Part shown: positions 1 to 12,700 of the stretch, piece by piece | Numbering within the stretch: position 1 is the first letter of the stretch | How the letters are laid out: every line of letters starts with the position of its first letter | Assembly (NCBI RefSeq): GCF_018350175.1 | Contig: NC_058368.1 | Span: forward strand, 30,816,001 to 30,880,000 | DNA: 64,000 nucleotides | Direction: 5' to 3' | From: Felis catus | Taxonomy: Eukaryota | Made by a program: the position numbers and the translations under genes | The notes under the pieces: generated by a model | Told to the model about the DNA's origin: nothing | Database searches by the model: none | What the model saw: the letters and a program-made list of their open reading frames with translations, nothing else

Positions 1-424
1 TGAAAAATATCACTGCACAGAGCCGTATCCTGATGAGAGACAATACGCCAAAATACAAAACAGTTGTAAATATTTATTCACATGATTAACAGTTTCAAAA
101 TATATACAGCAAAAATTCTTGGTAAATAAGGGAGAAATGGGCAAATTTTAAGTCAGTTTTGGAGATTTGAACATATTTCACTCAGTAATTGACCAAATAA
201 AAATAATAAGCCTGCAGAAGATCTGAGCGACCTTCTTAACTGCTATACTCAACTGTACCCAACAGCTGCAGTATATACATTATTTTTTTCACAAATTATC
301 TTTAGAACATATGGAACCAAGTTATGCAATACAGTATGCCATAAAACAAATCACAGTGGATTTCAGAAGACTGAAAGCTTACAGAATTCAGAAATCCCTC
401 TTATGTGCACACACGTGCACACGT

Positions 425-472
<48 letters not shown>

Positions 473-481
473 ACACACACA
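425..481. repeat. (TC)n followed by short (CA)n microsatellite
   Basis: Directly visible. Confidence 0.95.
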
Positions 482-966
482 CTCAAGCTAGAAAAATATG
501 AAATACTTGAAAAGTTACACTCTAAATAGCGTGTGGGTAAAAAAATAATAAAATTAATAATATTTTGAAATTATAGCTAATGAAAACTCAAAACATATGG
601 GATGTAGTTGAAGCTTCTTTAATGGGAAATTTGTACAATCAAATATACATAAGAAAGCCCGGAAGATCTCAAATCAGTGATCTAGTCTTGTATCTGAAAC
701 TAGGAATAGAAAATAAAAAATAGAAAAGCAAATAAAATCCAAATGAAACAAAGGAAAGGAAATACTGTAGATAAAAGCAGAACAAAATAAAACAGCAAAT
801 AACATCTCGTTATGTGAAAAGATCAGTAGAATTAAAAAAAAAACTTCCAAACAGACTTAACAAGAAAAAGATATGAGAGAGAGCACAGGTGACTAATGTC
901 AGGACGTTAGGAATGAAATAGGGATGACCAGTATGGAACCTACATCCATTAAAAATAAAGTAACGA

Positions 967-1172
967 GGGGCGACTGGGTGGCTCAGTCAGTTAAGTGTCT
1001 GACTCTTGATTTTGGCTCAGGTCACGATCTCTGCTATGTGAGATGCAGCTGACAGCATGGAGCCTGCTTGGGATTCTCTCTCTCTGGCCACCCTGACCCT
1101 CCCCCTACCCACCCCCCCGCCCCCATCACCCTTCTCACTCACGCTCACTCTGTCTCTGAAAACAAATAAAAA
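967..1172 (+). mobile_element. Can-SINE (older copy, C-rich 3' part)
   Basis: ggggcgactgggtggctcagtcagttaag head with Pol III A-box, ggagcctgcttgggattctctc, A-rich tail. Confidence 0.9.
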
Positions 1173-2802
1173 GTATGTGTGGAAGCATTGTGAAAAACTT
1201 GCCAGTAACTAAAAACTTTTGAATGTACAAACTTCAAATGCTCACTCTAGAATGAATAGGTAACACGAGTAGCCATGTAGCTTTAAGATGAACTGAAGTC
1301 ATTTTTAATAACCAAGCACAAAAACACAGCTTTTACTAGTGACTTCTAGCATACATTTAAAGAAGAAACAATACCATTTATACACGAACTCATCCAGAAA
1401 ATTAGAAGAGAAAGGCATGTGTACTCACACATTTCATAGGGTCAGCACACAAAATCAGAGATCGGAGAGATCTGTTACAAGGAAAGGAAAATACACACAA
1501 ATACAGTATAAACATAGACAAGATTCATTTACAATTCTAGCAAATTGAATCTCGTGATTAACCAAATGGATAAGATACCACAACCAAATGAACTTCATTC
1601 CAGAAACACAAAGGCAGTTTAACATTCCATCGTCAATCACTGTAATTCCCAATACACACAGTATAAAAAAAAAAAAAACGATATGTACAACCATCTCAGT
1701 AGCTGTGGAGAAACCTACACAATTCAACAGCAACCCATGATAAAAATCTCCAGCGAACTTACCTGAGAAGGGAACTTCCTGAAGCTAATGAAGTGTAGCT
1801 ATGAAAACCCCACAGCTGATGTCACATTTAACAGTGGAAGACTAAATGCGTCCACTGAAATTCAGGACCAACACAGGATAGCTAATCTCTGTATTTCCAA
1901 TTAACGTTGTACTGGAAGTTCTAGTCCATGCAATAAGGAAAGAAAAAGAGATACATAGATGGAACAGGAAAAAGAAAATCTCTGCTGACAGATGATAGAG
2001 ACAAATCTTCAGAAATACTATAAAATATAACAGTAATAGAAATTATAAATGTGTTTAGCGAGGTAGTAGGAATCAGATCAGTATTCAAAAATTGTTATTG
2101 TCAAGCAAATAAATTAAAAATGCCATTTACAATAACATAAAATATTAAATACATAAGGATAAATTTTACCAAAAAAAATGCAAGATAAATATACTGAATA
2201 ATCGCTGAAAGAAAATGCAATACGGGATGACTCACTTTGGATGAGTTGTCATGACTGTCTCAGTTGATCTGTAGAGTCAATGCAGTCTCAAAATCTCAAT
2301 AGGCATTTTTATAAAAATTGACAAAGTTATTATAAAATTCAAGTATAAATGCAAAGAACCTAAAATACAAAATCAACACTGAAAAACAAAATATTGGAGA
2401 ACGTATATTACCTGGTTTCAAGACTTGATATACATCTATAGTAAGACCACAAAGCTTTGGTGTAAGATTTGATACATTGTTCAGTGAAACAGATAATCAG
2501 GAAATAGACTCACACATACTTTCAGCTGATAGTGTGTCAGTGAAGCTTGATTCTTACTAGTACATATAAAAATACTCATTCAAAGTGGGTCATAGACTTA
2601 AATGAGAGAGATACAATTATATAACTTGTAGACAAAGACTTCTCTAGAAAGAGGACAAACCAAACATGAAAGAAAAAATGGATTAATTGAATTTTATTTG
2701 AATTAAATACTTTTTATATTCAAAACACACACAGTTAATAAAAAGTTCAAACCACAGACAGGGAGAATATTTAGCAAAACATATCAGAAAGAGACATATC
2801 CA

Positions 2803-3007
2803 GGGGTACCTGGGTGGCTCAGTCATCGGTTAAGCCTCCGACTTTGGCTCAGGTCCTGATCTCACAGTTTGTGAGTTTGAGCCCTGCGTGGGGTTCTGTG
2901 CTGAAAGCTCAGAGCCTGGAGCCTGCTTCGGATTTTGTGTCCCTTTCTCTCTGCCCCTCCCCTGCTCGCATTCTGTCTCTCTCTCTCTCCCAAAGGTAAA
3001 TAAACAA
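2803..3007 (+). mobile_element. Can-SINE (SINEC_Fc-type)
   Basis: ggggtacctgggtggctcag head, gagcctggagcctgcttcggatt, (CT)n, tail running into a TA/CA repeat. Confidence 0.92.
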
Positions 3008-3153
3008 TATATATATGTATACATATAAATATAGATATGTATACACATATATGTATATACACATATATGTATATATACACATATACGTATATATATATAC
3101 ATACATGTGTGTGTGTATATATATATATATGTGTATATATATATACATATATC
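3007..3153. repeat. Imperfect (TA)/(CA)/(TG) microsatellite derived from the SINE tail
   Basis: Directly visible alternating purine-pyrimidine tract. Confidence 0.95.
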
Positions 3154-3294
3154 CATCCAGAGGATACATAAACTACTCTTTCATCTTATTTAGAAGAATG
3201 CCAATAACCTAACTAAAAAAAAATGGCAGATGATTTAGACAGTTTATCAAAATATATGAATAAAAAGTATTATTGCATCATTCAATATTATTAG

Positions 3295-3656
3295 TGTTCT
3301 CACCACCTTGAATGTGTCTTCTGAAAATACGTGTGCTGAAGTCCTAATCCCAAAGGTGATGGTTTTTGAAAGTGGGGTCTTCGGAAGGCTGTTAGGTTAT
3401 GAAGGGACAGACCCCTCGTGGGCAGGATTAGTGCACTTGTAGGAAGAGATGTGAAGGAGACCATCGCTTTCTCTGCCATTTGAGGACACAGCTAGAAAGC
3501 AACGGTTTGCAAATCAGGAACAGGACTCTTACACCAGACATTAAATAGGCTGGTACCTTCACCTGAGACTTGCCCAGAACTGTGAGAAATAGATATTTGT
3601 TGTTGAAGCTACTGAGTATATAGTAGTTGTTAGAGTAGTCCAAACTGAGACCATAA
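3295..3656 (+). mobile_element. MaLR solo LTR, MLT1A/B-like, inserted in the old L1
   Basis: tgctgaagtcctaatcccaaaggtgatgg, gattagtgcacttgtaggaagag, tgaggacacagctagaa, ccagaactgtgagaaatagatatttgttgttgaagc; L1 resumes in register after it (cacattgaaatcacaataagata). Confidence 0.85.
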
Positions 3657-4081
3657 CCATGGATGCACATTGAAATCACAATAAGATAGTGCTGCACACT
3701 CACTAGAACAGCTGGAATTTAAAAGTCTGATGATTCCAGTTGTTGACACAGAATTAGAACAGTAATGCCACATATTGATGGTAAGAAAGCAGAATAGTTC
3801 AATCACTTCTGAAATTATTTGATGGGTTTTTATAAGTGCAGTATACAATTCCTGTATGATCCAAAAATTGTGTTTCTTGATATTTACTCGAGAAAGTGAA
3901 ACCTGCATACACACAGACTTGCACGTGTATTTATAGCGACATCATAGATAGTTGCCAAAAGCTGAAAATAATTTAAATGCTCATCAAGGAGTGAATGGAC
4001 AAATTGTGATATATTCATACAATGGAATGCTACCCAGCAATAAAACAAACATCAAATTGCACATCTTAAAATGGTTGAATG

Positions 4082-5065
4082 TTTTTTTTTCTTTCTTCTA
4101 TTGTAATTTAATACACATGTCATAAAATTCACCGTCTTAACGTGTACAATTCAGTGGTTTTATTGTATTCACAATGTTGTGCAAAGTCACAACCATATAG
4201 CTCCAGAATATTTTCATCACCACAGAAAGAAAACTCCTCATTCCTCCCAACTGACATATCCAACAATAGCTAATCTACCTGTCTTTAAAAATGTGCTTAT
4301 TCTGGACATTTCATACGAATAGATTCATACAATATGTGACCTTTTATAGCTGGCTTCTTTCACTTAGCATAATGTTTCTGAGATTCATACATGCTTATAG
4401 CGTGTATTTGTACTTCTTTATTTTTTAGGGTCGGATAATATGCATTGTATGCATATTATATATCGCAATTTGTTTATCCACTCCTCCATTCATAGGCATT
4501 TGATTTTCTACTCTTTAGTGATTTTGAATAATGCTGCTATCGACATCCGTGCGTAAGTTCTGTACGGGCATATGTTTTCAAGTATATTGAGTATATATCT
4601 AGGAATGCAAATGTTGGGTCAGACAGTAGCTGCCAAAGTATTTTCCAAACTGTCAGCACCAGTTCACATACACTCTAGCAATTTATGAGGGTCTCATTTA
4701 CTCTAGGTCTTTTACTCATTACTCTTACTCATTCACTCTACACCAACATTTCTTGTTATTGTTATTATCGCCATCCTAGTGTGTGTGAAGTACCTTTGTG
4801 GTTTAGATTTGCATTTGACTAATGTCTAATGATACTGAGACCATCAGGTGCTTATTTGCCATTTGAATATCTTCTTTGAAGAAATATCTATTCAAATCCT
4901 TTGTCTATTTTTAATTATTATTATTATTTTTTACTGTTGTGCTAGTTCTTTATATATTCCGAACATTGGATCTTTACTGTATGCATTATTTACAAATATT
5001 TTATTGATTTTGTGGGTTGACTTTTCACTTTTTGATAGTATCCTTAGAAGCAAAAAACTATTTTA
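4082..5065 (-). mobile_element. Old L1 3' end (L1MA/L1MB-like)
   Basis: T-rich tail, tacaattcagtggttttattgtattcacaatgttgtgcaa, ggcttctttcacttagcataatgtttctgagattcat, tctttgaagaaatatctattcaaatcctttg. Confidence 0.85.
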
Positions 5066-5760
5066 GGCAGCTCTCCTACCTTCTTTAAGTATAAAGGAGC
5101 CATTTCCATTTCTCTCTCTCCTAGAAATTATACATTTCCTCCAGGGATGTCTCTGAAAGGAAAGGTGAAAGATATTTTTTCCCTAATGGGGGTGGAACTT
5201 ACAGCAATCAGATCTCACCAGAGAACAAACTTCATTGCTAATTCAGAGAATAAAGGCACTACATCTATTTTTATACCTTGATGTCCGCAAGTGACTTGTT
5301 TTTTCCTACCTGTCAATAAGTTCACATTCCAAGGCTAAGGTATTCTTTTGCCTTCGCATCAGTGTAGGTTTTGATTAAATAGATTAGCACAACCATAAAC
5401 TCTCCCTCTCTCCCATGTGTATCTCTCTTCTATAATACACTTATTTTTACCTCTGTTCAAGATGAGGATATATTACTTGTTAACTTACCTAAAATTTCAA
5501 CTTCATTGCCATTTCCTCACTAGCATACGTGCTAATATTCTTGGTGGAGATTAGGTATACTGTTTGCTGTTCTTGATGACAGATAGGCAAAATCTTGATG
5601 CAACTAAATACGATCAACTGACAAACAGCTTTTTAATTGGCCCTATACCATCACTCTGAATATAACAACTGATTCAAACATTTATACCCTTTTTGGAGAA
5701 GACTATGGATGTTTGCTATGCACACACACCTTTATGAATAATATACATATGATATAAGAA

Positions 5761-5764
<4 letters not shown>

Positions 5765-5803
<39 letters not shown>

Positions 5804-5833
5804 GATATATATATGTAAGAAAATATATATATA
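5765..5833. repeat. (TA)n microsatellite
   Basis: Directly visible. Confidence 0.95.
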
Positions 5834-6198
5834 AGAAAAATATTTATAACTGTCTGGATAGGGAGTGATGGTGCATCGCAGGCAGCTAGGTATGATGTGT
5901 CACATTGTTTTGGATCAGTTGAAGTTCATTGATAACTTATCCTGGCTTTACTCTCCAGGCCTAAATTGACTGGTATTAAATCTGGGATGGGAATTAGATG
6001 GAAATCAGAAATATGGTCTAAGAATAAGTTAGCCCTAAGTTGGGCTAAGTGAATTATTCTATTTAAAATTGAAGTGAAAAACGGATTTTTTTTTTACCAT
6101 ATTGTATGATCTTGAACTGAGAGATAAAGAAAAGTTGAAGCCAAGAAAAAGGAAACTGTAATGAAGAGTGGACCATGCTCAAGAAGAAGGACAAGAGA

Positions 6199-6425
6199 CG
6201 GGCACCTGGGTGGCTCAGTCAGTTAAGCGGCTAACTTCAGCTCAGGTCATGATCTCGTGGTCTCTGAGTTCGAGCCCCACATTGGGCTCTGTGCTGACAG
6301 CTCAGAGCCTGGAGCCTGCTTGGGATTCTGTGTCTCCCTCTCTCTCTCTGCCCCTCCCCTGTTTGCTCTCTCTCTCCCTCTCTCTCTCTCAAAAATAATA
6401 AACATTAAAAAAAATTTTAGAAAAA
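6199..6425 (+). mobile_element. Can-SINE (SINEC_Fc-type) with 15 bp TSD
   Basis: Full head and tail; TSD aagaaggac[a/c]agaga at 6184-6198 and 6426-6440. Confidence 0.95.
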
Positions 6426-7129
6426 AAGAAGGACCAGAGAAACCTGTGACCTTTTCATGTCACACCTATTAATATCTAATAGAATCCAATGGGGGATATA
6501 TTTGGGTCATTAAAGGAGCTGGCTTAGAACCAGTTAGGAATGTGTTACAATCCTAATTCCAGGACATAGAGGCAGTATGATATTAGAAATGGGACTTTAG
6601 GGTTTTCTGATCTTCCATTATTATAATTTTTAAAATGCTTTCTCCAAAACTTTTACGAAGAATAGATGATATTTTAATATGAAGTGAGGGACACATAAAT
6701 ACTATTTAACCAGTTAGTTGCATGTCATTTTGATTACATCAAATAATACAGCCATTTGTTTATAATTGTGTCATGCCTAAACATTGGATGCCTTGCACAA
6801 TTACTAGCTTGGAACGTATGCTTCTAATAATTAAATCTTAATTTATGGAAATAAAAACAGAGCAGCTAATATCTATTAGGTCTTTTGAAAGAAGATAGAG
6901 AATTAATGATTTTTCCCCCTATGAGTTCACTATGGCACCAAATAGAAACCAGTAATTGTGGAGAACAACTATAGATACCATAGACAGTTAATATGTGATA
7001 AAGTAAGAAATTACAGGCTACCATCTAGAGAAAATGGATTCGTTTCTGAAAAAAAATACTAGAATTGGAGGGAGAATAAATATTCTAATAATCAAAAAAG
7101 AATATCACTTCACCTCACTACATACTATG

Positions 7130-8800
7130 TAGACCACGTATTCGTCTACATAGAAAACCTAGGAGATTCAACAAACCATTAGAATAATATATTTCAGTAC
7201 CCTGATTGGATAAAAAAATAAGCTTTCACCCACGAATAACACCAGTAACAACAAAATGAAATGAAATGAAATAACATTCCTAAAAACAGAGCAGAAGTTA
7301 TCTAAGAACTCATTAAGAATGCCAAAATTATTCATCGAAAAAATTGTTTATTGCTAATTTTGAAAGATTAAAATAAAGGAGGAGGTTCACAAAGAACATG
7401 GTGTAGATATTCCAACTGGTTTTTCAGAGGTATCCAACAAAATCATTCTAAAATTTTGGGCTTACAGAAGGTACACAATGAACCAGAGCAGGTCATTAAA
7501 AGAAGAACAAAGGGAGTAGGACTTATCCTACTATATTTTAAGACATAGTACAAAGTCGTTGCCATAAAATTAGCATCAGCACAGGTACAGATTAACAATC
7601 CAATATTACTGAATATAGGGCTCCAAAATAGAGCTGCATAAACACAGGAAGTGGAAATATGGTGACACAACAGAGCAATGGAGGAAAGGCAGCTTATTTA
7701 TTTGATGTCTGAAAAACCTTTTTCCATGGAGAATAAAGCTTAATCCCTATTGTACCACATATAAAGGTAAGCACCAAATGGATTAAAGGAAGACAGTAAA
7801 GCTAATTGAAGAAAATGGTGAAGAATATCTTAAGGAGCTAGGGGTTGAAAGACTCTCGCAAGACTCAGAAAGCACAAACTTGATTTTAAGATAATGCATT
7901 TTACTACATCCAAACTAAAAATGTGTTGCTTCATCAAATTTACAGATGGATAATACACTGGGATAAAATATTTCCGTGTCGAAAACGGGCAATAGCTAGC
8001 ATACCTAGGGAACTCTGGCAAATCAAAAATCCGGTAACTCGAGTACCAGTAAAGCATGGAAAGGGCTTGGAACAGGGGTATGAATCTGCAGAAAGGGTGC
8101 TCAAAGGCTAGTAACTGCATGGACATATGCTCAAACTTGCTAATAATCAGAGAAATGCAAATTAAGCAGTCACTTAAATCCAGTCACAAAAATTGCAATG
8201 AGAGTTCTCAATTTATTGTCAAGGATGTACAGAGAAAGATGCTCAGTAGCTCTCTTTGTAAATGCAAATAATGTCCACATGCTTCTAAGTGATACGGCAG
8301 TATTTACCGAAATGAAGAATGTCTATTCCTTATGGGACAGCAGCTCCTTTCCTGGGAATGTGCATATGCACACATAATTATAATCATCTGTATACCCTTA
8401 TAATTCATTATATATTTCTAATTATCCCACAAGTCTCTAAAAAGATAAATTATATTCATCTTTGTATTTTCTCTGAGCGCTAAGAGTTACGAATTAGAGA
8501 TGTCTACCACTAAGTCAAATACTGGTAAAATGTGGAATAATATGTGGCAGTTAAAAGCACAGCAATTTGGAAAGAGCTTAGAAATAGAGTTGCAACGAAA
8601 CCACTATAAAAAAAGAGAAAGAGGAATATAAGAAACAAATGAATTAGAAAAAGAATGCTGTAAATGAAACAATGTGTTAAGAACAATAACAAGCCTACAT
8701 GCTATATAAAGATGCATACATATTTAAAGTAGTAACTTAAATACATTAGACTGGTCTTCATCAAGTAGGAGAAAATGGGATGAAACTAGAAAATAAACGA
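7130..8800 (+). mobile_element. Ancient L1 (L1ME-like) ORF2 3' and 3'UTR fragments
   Basis: tctacatagaaaacctaggagattcaac, caccaaatggattaaag, atgctcaaacttgctaataatcagagaaatgcaaattaa; heavily decayed. Confidence 0.65.
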
Positions 8801-9166
8801 AAACTGAGGCATGGCACCAAGAGGTGGCAAGCGTATGCTGTGAACTGAGAACACAGTTATCTGCGTATACATGGTTATAAAATTTGGAGAAAATCACAAT
8901 CCATACAAATGTTGCTGATAGTTCTAAATTTCACTCAAGACTGTCATATAAATGCTAACTTCCTAGAAAATTGTATTATTAATTATCTTATTATGTTATT
9001 CTGAGAATTCACAGAAATGATTTTAATACCCAGAATTCATTAGGCAAAAGAAAAGGTTTTTCAATGACATCACTGTGTGATTTATCTGCATTGTCTCTTC
9101 ACATTACCATCTGTGTGTTTTGAATAATATGCAGAGCGATACTTAGTAGGTGTGGACATAGTTTAG

Positions 9167-9364
9167 TTATTTATTTGTTTTTAATGTTGGTTTATTGTTG
9201 AGAGAGAGAATGGGCAGGGAGGGGCAGAGAGAGAGGGAGACAAAGATCCAAAGCGAGATCTGTGCTGACAGCAGTGAGCCCCATGTAGGGCTAGCACTCA
9301 AAAACGATGAGATCATGACCGGAGTGAAATAGACACTTAAGCCACTAAGCCATCCAGGCACCCC
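9167..9364 (-). mobile_element. Can-SINE
   Basis: T-rich tail, ggggcagagagagagggagaca, ends gccatccaggcacccc. Confidence 0.92.
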
Positions 9365-10019
9365 TGTTAAGGACCCAGTTTAGATTTCGTGTTTTTGATT
9401 CTTATTATTCTGCTTATGTGGTAAGTGTGATCTACTGTTTAAAGGAGAGGGATTTCTTTTTAAGGAAGGGCGTAAACAGACTTTTGAAGTTAGAAAGTTG
9501 TTTTTTTGTTGTTGTTGTTTTTTTGGGGGGTTTTTTTGGTCAGGTTAGTCTCCAGAGAGGAGAAAGCGACATCTCTGTTTTATAAGGGATATAGGAAGCA
9601 ATTGGCTTTAATAGCTCAAGCTGCACATTAAGAGGCAGAAGACAATTAAGTGTTAGGTGTTATATTTATGTAAAGCAATTTCTAAGGTGGTTCTTAAACT
9701 ATTTTGTGTGCGCTATTGCATATTTCAAATTTGCCTTTATTCAATTTCCTTCACTTTTAGTGGCTGAATATAACATTAATGAAAGAAAGAAAATGAGACT
9801 AGAACTTACAAACCTCTAAATAAAACCTTAATATTTGTTTTGTTTGAAGCTGCACCACAGCTTTGATGCACCACAGAAACCTTAACCGGAAACTTCCACA
9901 CTTCCTGAGATGGGCAAAGTTCATTGATTCATCTGTTCATCTTTACTCTTTTTTTTCCTTCTTATTAAGATAAGCTATGTCCTAAATCTATCTGTTTTAG
10001 AAAACGTAGAATATAAAAA

Positions 10020-10052
<33 letters not shown>

Positions 10053-10869
10053 AACCCCAAAAAACGCCAAAAGCAATAAAATGACCCATTGTCCCATCAT
10101 TCAGATAAAAGTATGGAGATGCAGAAACCTGTGCTAAGAGCATCCGGAATGACATTTTTGTAATCTGCTTTTCTGACATTATTTTTTAACACTTTCTTAC
10201 ATCTCACTTGCATGCTGCAAATGATATCCTTTCGGATGTAAATGCCTTAAGTTATTCACCAAGGTCATATAGACTGATTAAACTTGTATTGAGGGTTTTG
10301 CTGTTGTCATATTACATGGTGATAAGCATTTAAACACATAATAGGGTCAGCAAGTTAGCCGTTCCTTGCCTTTCATTTTAGGTATGCATGTTAACAAGAG
10401 TATATCATGGAATTTTGATTCTTCCCCCCATTTGAAGGGTCTGAGTTTTTATTATCATTTTTAGAATTAACTTAGGGTTATCAGGGAAATGGATATGCTT
10501 GGCCATTAAGTTTGCTTTATGCTTTCTCTTATTTCCTATTTTCCTCCTTTTAATGTATTGATTTGAAAGGTAAATATATACGTTTTTTTTCTATTAGTGG
10601 TTGCCTTCAAATGTTTAGAAAAACACATCCTTGTTTTCCTAATTATAAACAACAGCATATATTCTCTTGTTTAAGATTTTACCTGTTTAATTTCTTCCAA
10701 CTTCCTCAATTCATAGTTTGTAGTGATATAATTTACACTTAGACCCAGACTGTTATAATATTTTATTATTTTATAAGGCATATTTTTATTACATGTTCTA
10801 AGGCAAGTTTTCTTTCTAATTTGTATTAAGTTATAATCAAACTAGCAATACTTTAAAAATACAACTCCA

Positions 10870-11384
10870 TTACCCAAGGGACACAGGAGTACTGATGCAT
10901 AGGGGCACTTGTACCCCAATGTTTATAGCAGCACTCTCAACAATAGCCAAATTATGGAAAGAGCCTAAATGTCCATCAACTGATGAATGGATAAAGAAAT
11001 TGTGGTTTATATACACAATAGAGTACTACGTGGCAATGAGAAAGAATGAAATGTGGCCCTTTGTAGCAACATGGATGGAACTGGAGAGTGTTATGCTAAG
11101 TGAAATAAGCCATACAGAGAAAGACAGATACCATATGTTTTCACTCTTATGTGGATCCTGAGAAACTTAACAGAAGACCATGGGGGAGGGGAAGGAAAAA
11201 AAAAAGAGAGGGAGGGAGCCAAAGCATAAGAGACTCTTAAATAAAACTGAGAACAAACTGAGGGTTGATGGGGGGTGGGAGGGAGGGGAGGGTGGGTGAT
11301 GGGTATTGAGGAGGGCACCTTTTGGGATGAGCACTGGGTGTTGTATGGAAACCAGTTTGACAATAAACTTCATATATTGGAAAA
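10870..11384 (+). mobile_element. Young 5'-truncated feline L1 (ORF2 C-terminus, 3'UTR, polyA) with perfect 15 bp TSD
   Basis: ORF 10895-11161 is the L1 ORF2 C-terminus ([30 protein letters not shown]); TSD aaaaatacaactcca at 10855-10869 and 11385-11399; ttt/aaaa endonuclease-type site. Confidence 0.96.
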
Positions 11385-11499
11385 AAAAATACAACTCCAA
11401 TATTTCCAGGGATTCTTTGTTGACCACGATCCTGGTTTTACGTATGTACCTTCCTGTTTTTGTAGTCTTTGTTTTTATTCTTCAATCTCTAAAGCATAT

Positions 11500-11582
11500 A
11501 TTTTTTAAATTTTTTTAAATTTTTAAAGCATTTTTTAAATTTATTTTTGAGACACAGAGAGACAGAGCACGAGCAGGGTAGG

Positions 11583-11636
<54 letters not shown>

Positions 11637-11767
11637 AAAATATGAAGCAGGCTCCAGGCTCTGAGCTGTCAGCATAGGGCCTGGTGCAGGGCTCATACTC
11701 ATGGACTGCGAGACCGTGACCTGAGCCAAAGTAGGATACTTAACCAACTTAGTCACCCAGGCGCCCC
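11500..11767 (-). mobile_element. Can-SINE with expanded (GA)n at about 11586-11632
   Basis: gaagcaggctccaggctctgagctgtcagc, ends cacccaggcgcccc. Confidence 0.93.
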
Positions 11768-11817
11768 AACATCTTGAAATATTTAAAGTAATATTTGAAA
11801 ATTGTGATGTATCTTTA

Positions 11818-11915
11818 GGGGTGCCTGGAGCCTGCTTCGGATTCTGTGTCTCCCTCTCTCTCTGCCCACTCTCTTTCTCTCTCAAAAAATAAGTAAACTT
11901 AAAAAAAAAACTTTA
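11818..11915 (+). mobile_element. Internally deleted Can-SINE
   Basis: ggggtgcctgg joined directly to agcctgcttcggattctgtg; normal (CT)n and A tail. Confidence 0.88.
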
Positions 11916-11932
11916 AAAATAAAATATTTGAT

Positions 11933-12220
11933 GGGCGCCTGGGTGGCTCAGTCGGTTGGGCTGCCTACTTCAGCTTAGGTCATGATGTCACAGTTCATGA
12001 GTTCGAGCCCCATGTCAGGCTCTGTGTGGACACTGCAGACGGAGCCTGAAGCCTGCTTCCAGTTCTGTATCTCTCTGTCCCTGGCCCTCCCCTGCTCATG
12101 CTCTGTCTCTCTGTGTCTCTCTCTCTGTCTCTCACTCCCCCAAAGTAGATAAACATAAAATAAAATAAAATAAAATAAAATAAAATAAAATAAAATAAAA
12201 TAAAATAAAATAAAATAAAA
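11933..12220 (+). mobile_element. Can-SINE with (TAAAA)n tail at about 12156-12220
   Basis: gggcgcctgggtggctcagtcgg head, gttcgagcc B-box, pentanucleotide tail. Confidence 0.93.
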
Positions 12221-12329
12221 CTTTTGATGTATCTTTAAATTTCTCTTCTCCCTGGATTTGTATGTTCATCTATAGTTTAACTTTCTTCTTCTTCTTCTTT
12301 TTTTTTTTTTTTTGATACATATTAGTCTC

Positions 12330-12700
12330 TTTATCACTTTGTCCTAATACTTAGGGAACTCATTCAATTTGTAGATTCAGTTATTTCCTTCAACTCTGGA
12401 AAGTAGTGTGTGTGGGGGTGGGGCAGGTTTCTCCTGTATTTTCTTTAATTATATTTTCCTTTGTTTTTGGTTTTCAAACTGTAGAATCCCAATTATAAGT
12501 ATATTGGATATCCTGAGTCTGTCGTGTCTATTCATCTTCTTTTTCGCGTGTTCACGCATCTCCTTAGTTCTGGGTGAATTCCTTGAATGTGTGATTTAGT
12601 TCACTGTTTCAGTGCTGCACTTTTCCATTGTCTGTAACATAGTTTAAATCACAACCACGGTTTTCATCTTCAGTATTCTTTCCTGATTTTAGATCAGTCC
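12330..12700 (-). mobile_element. Probable ancient L1 5'/ORF1-region fragment
   Basis: T-rich decayed motifs (ccttcaactctggaaag, gaatcccaattataagtatattggatatcctg). Confidence 0.45.

Larger units (their letters stand above)
1..4075 (+). mobile_element. Old decayed LINE-1 (L1M-type) ORF2-to-3' fragment, cut by the window edge and interrupted by two SINEs, microsatellites and an MLT1 LTR
   Basis: Degenerate L1 ORF2 motifs in the expected order (gaagatctcaaatcagtgatctag, aggaatgaaatagggatgac, gtactggaagttctagtccatgcaataagg, aaagtgggtcatagacttaaat, gatatattcatacaatggaatgctac); no open frame. Confidence 0.8.

Noticed and set aside
2814..3212. Cluster of YI/CV-rich ORFs and recurring MAQSV...EPAS peptides
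   Set aside because: Translations of a microsatellite and of Can-SINE bodies; the same pattern recurs at most SINEs.
8815..8832. CTCF-like motif ccaagaggtggca (similar weak matches near 14255 and 33633)
   Set aside because: Mismatches or wrong spacing at core positions; not supportable without a PWM scan or ChIP data.
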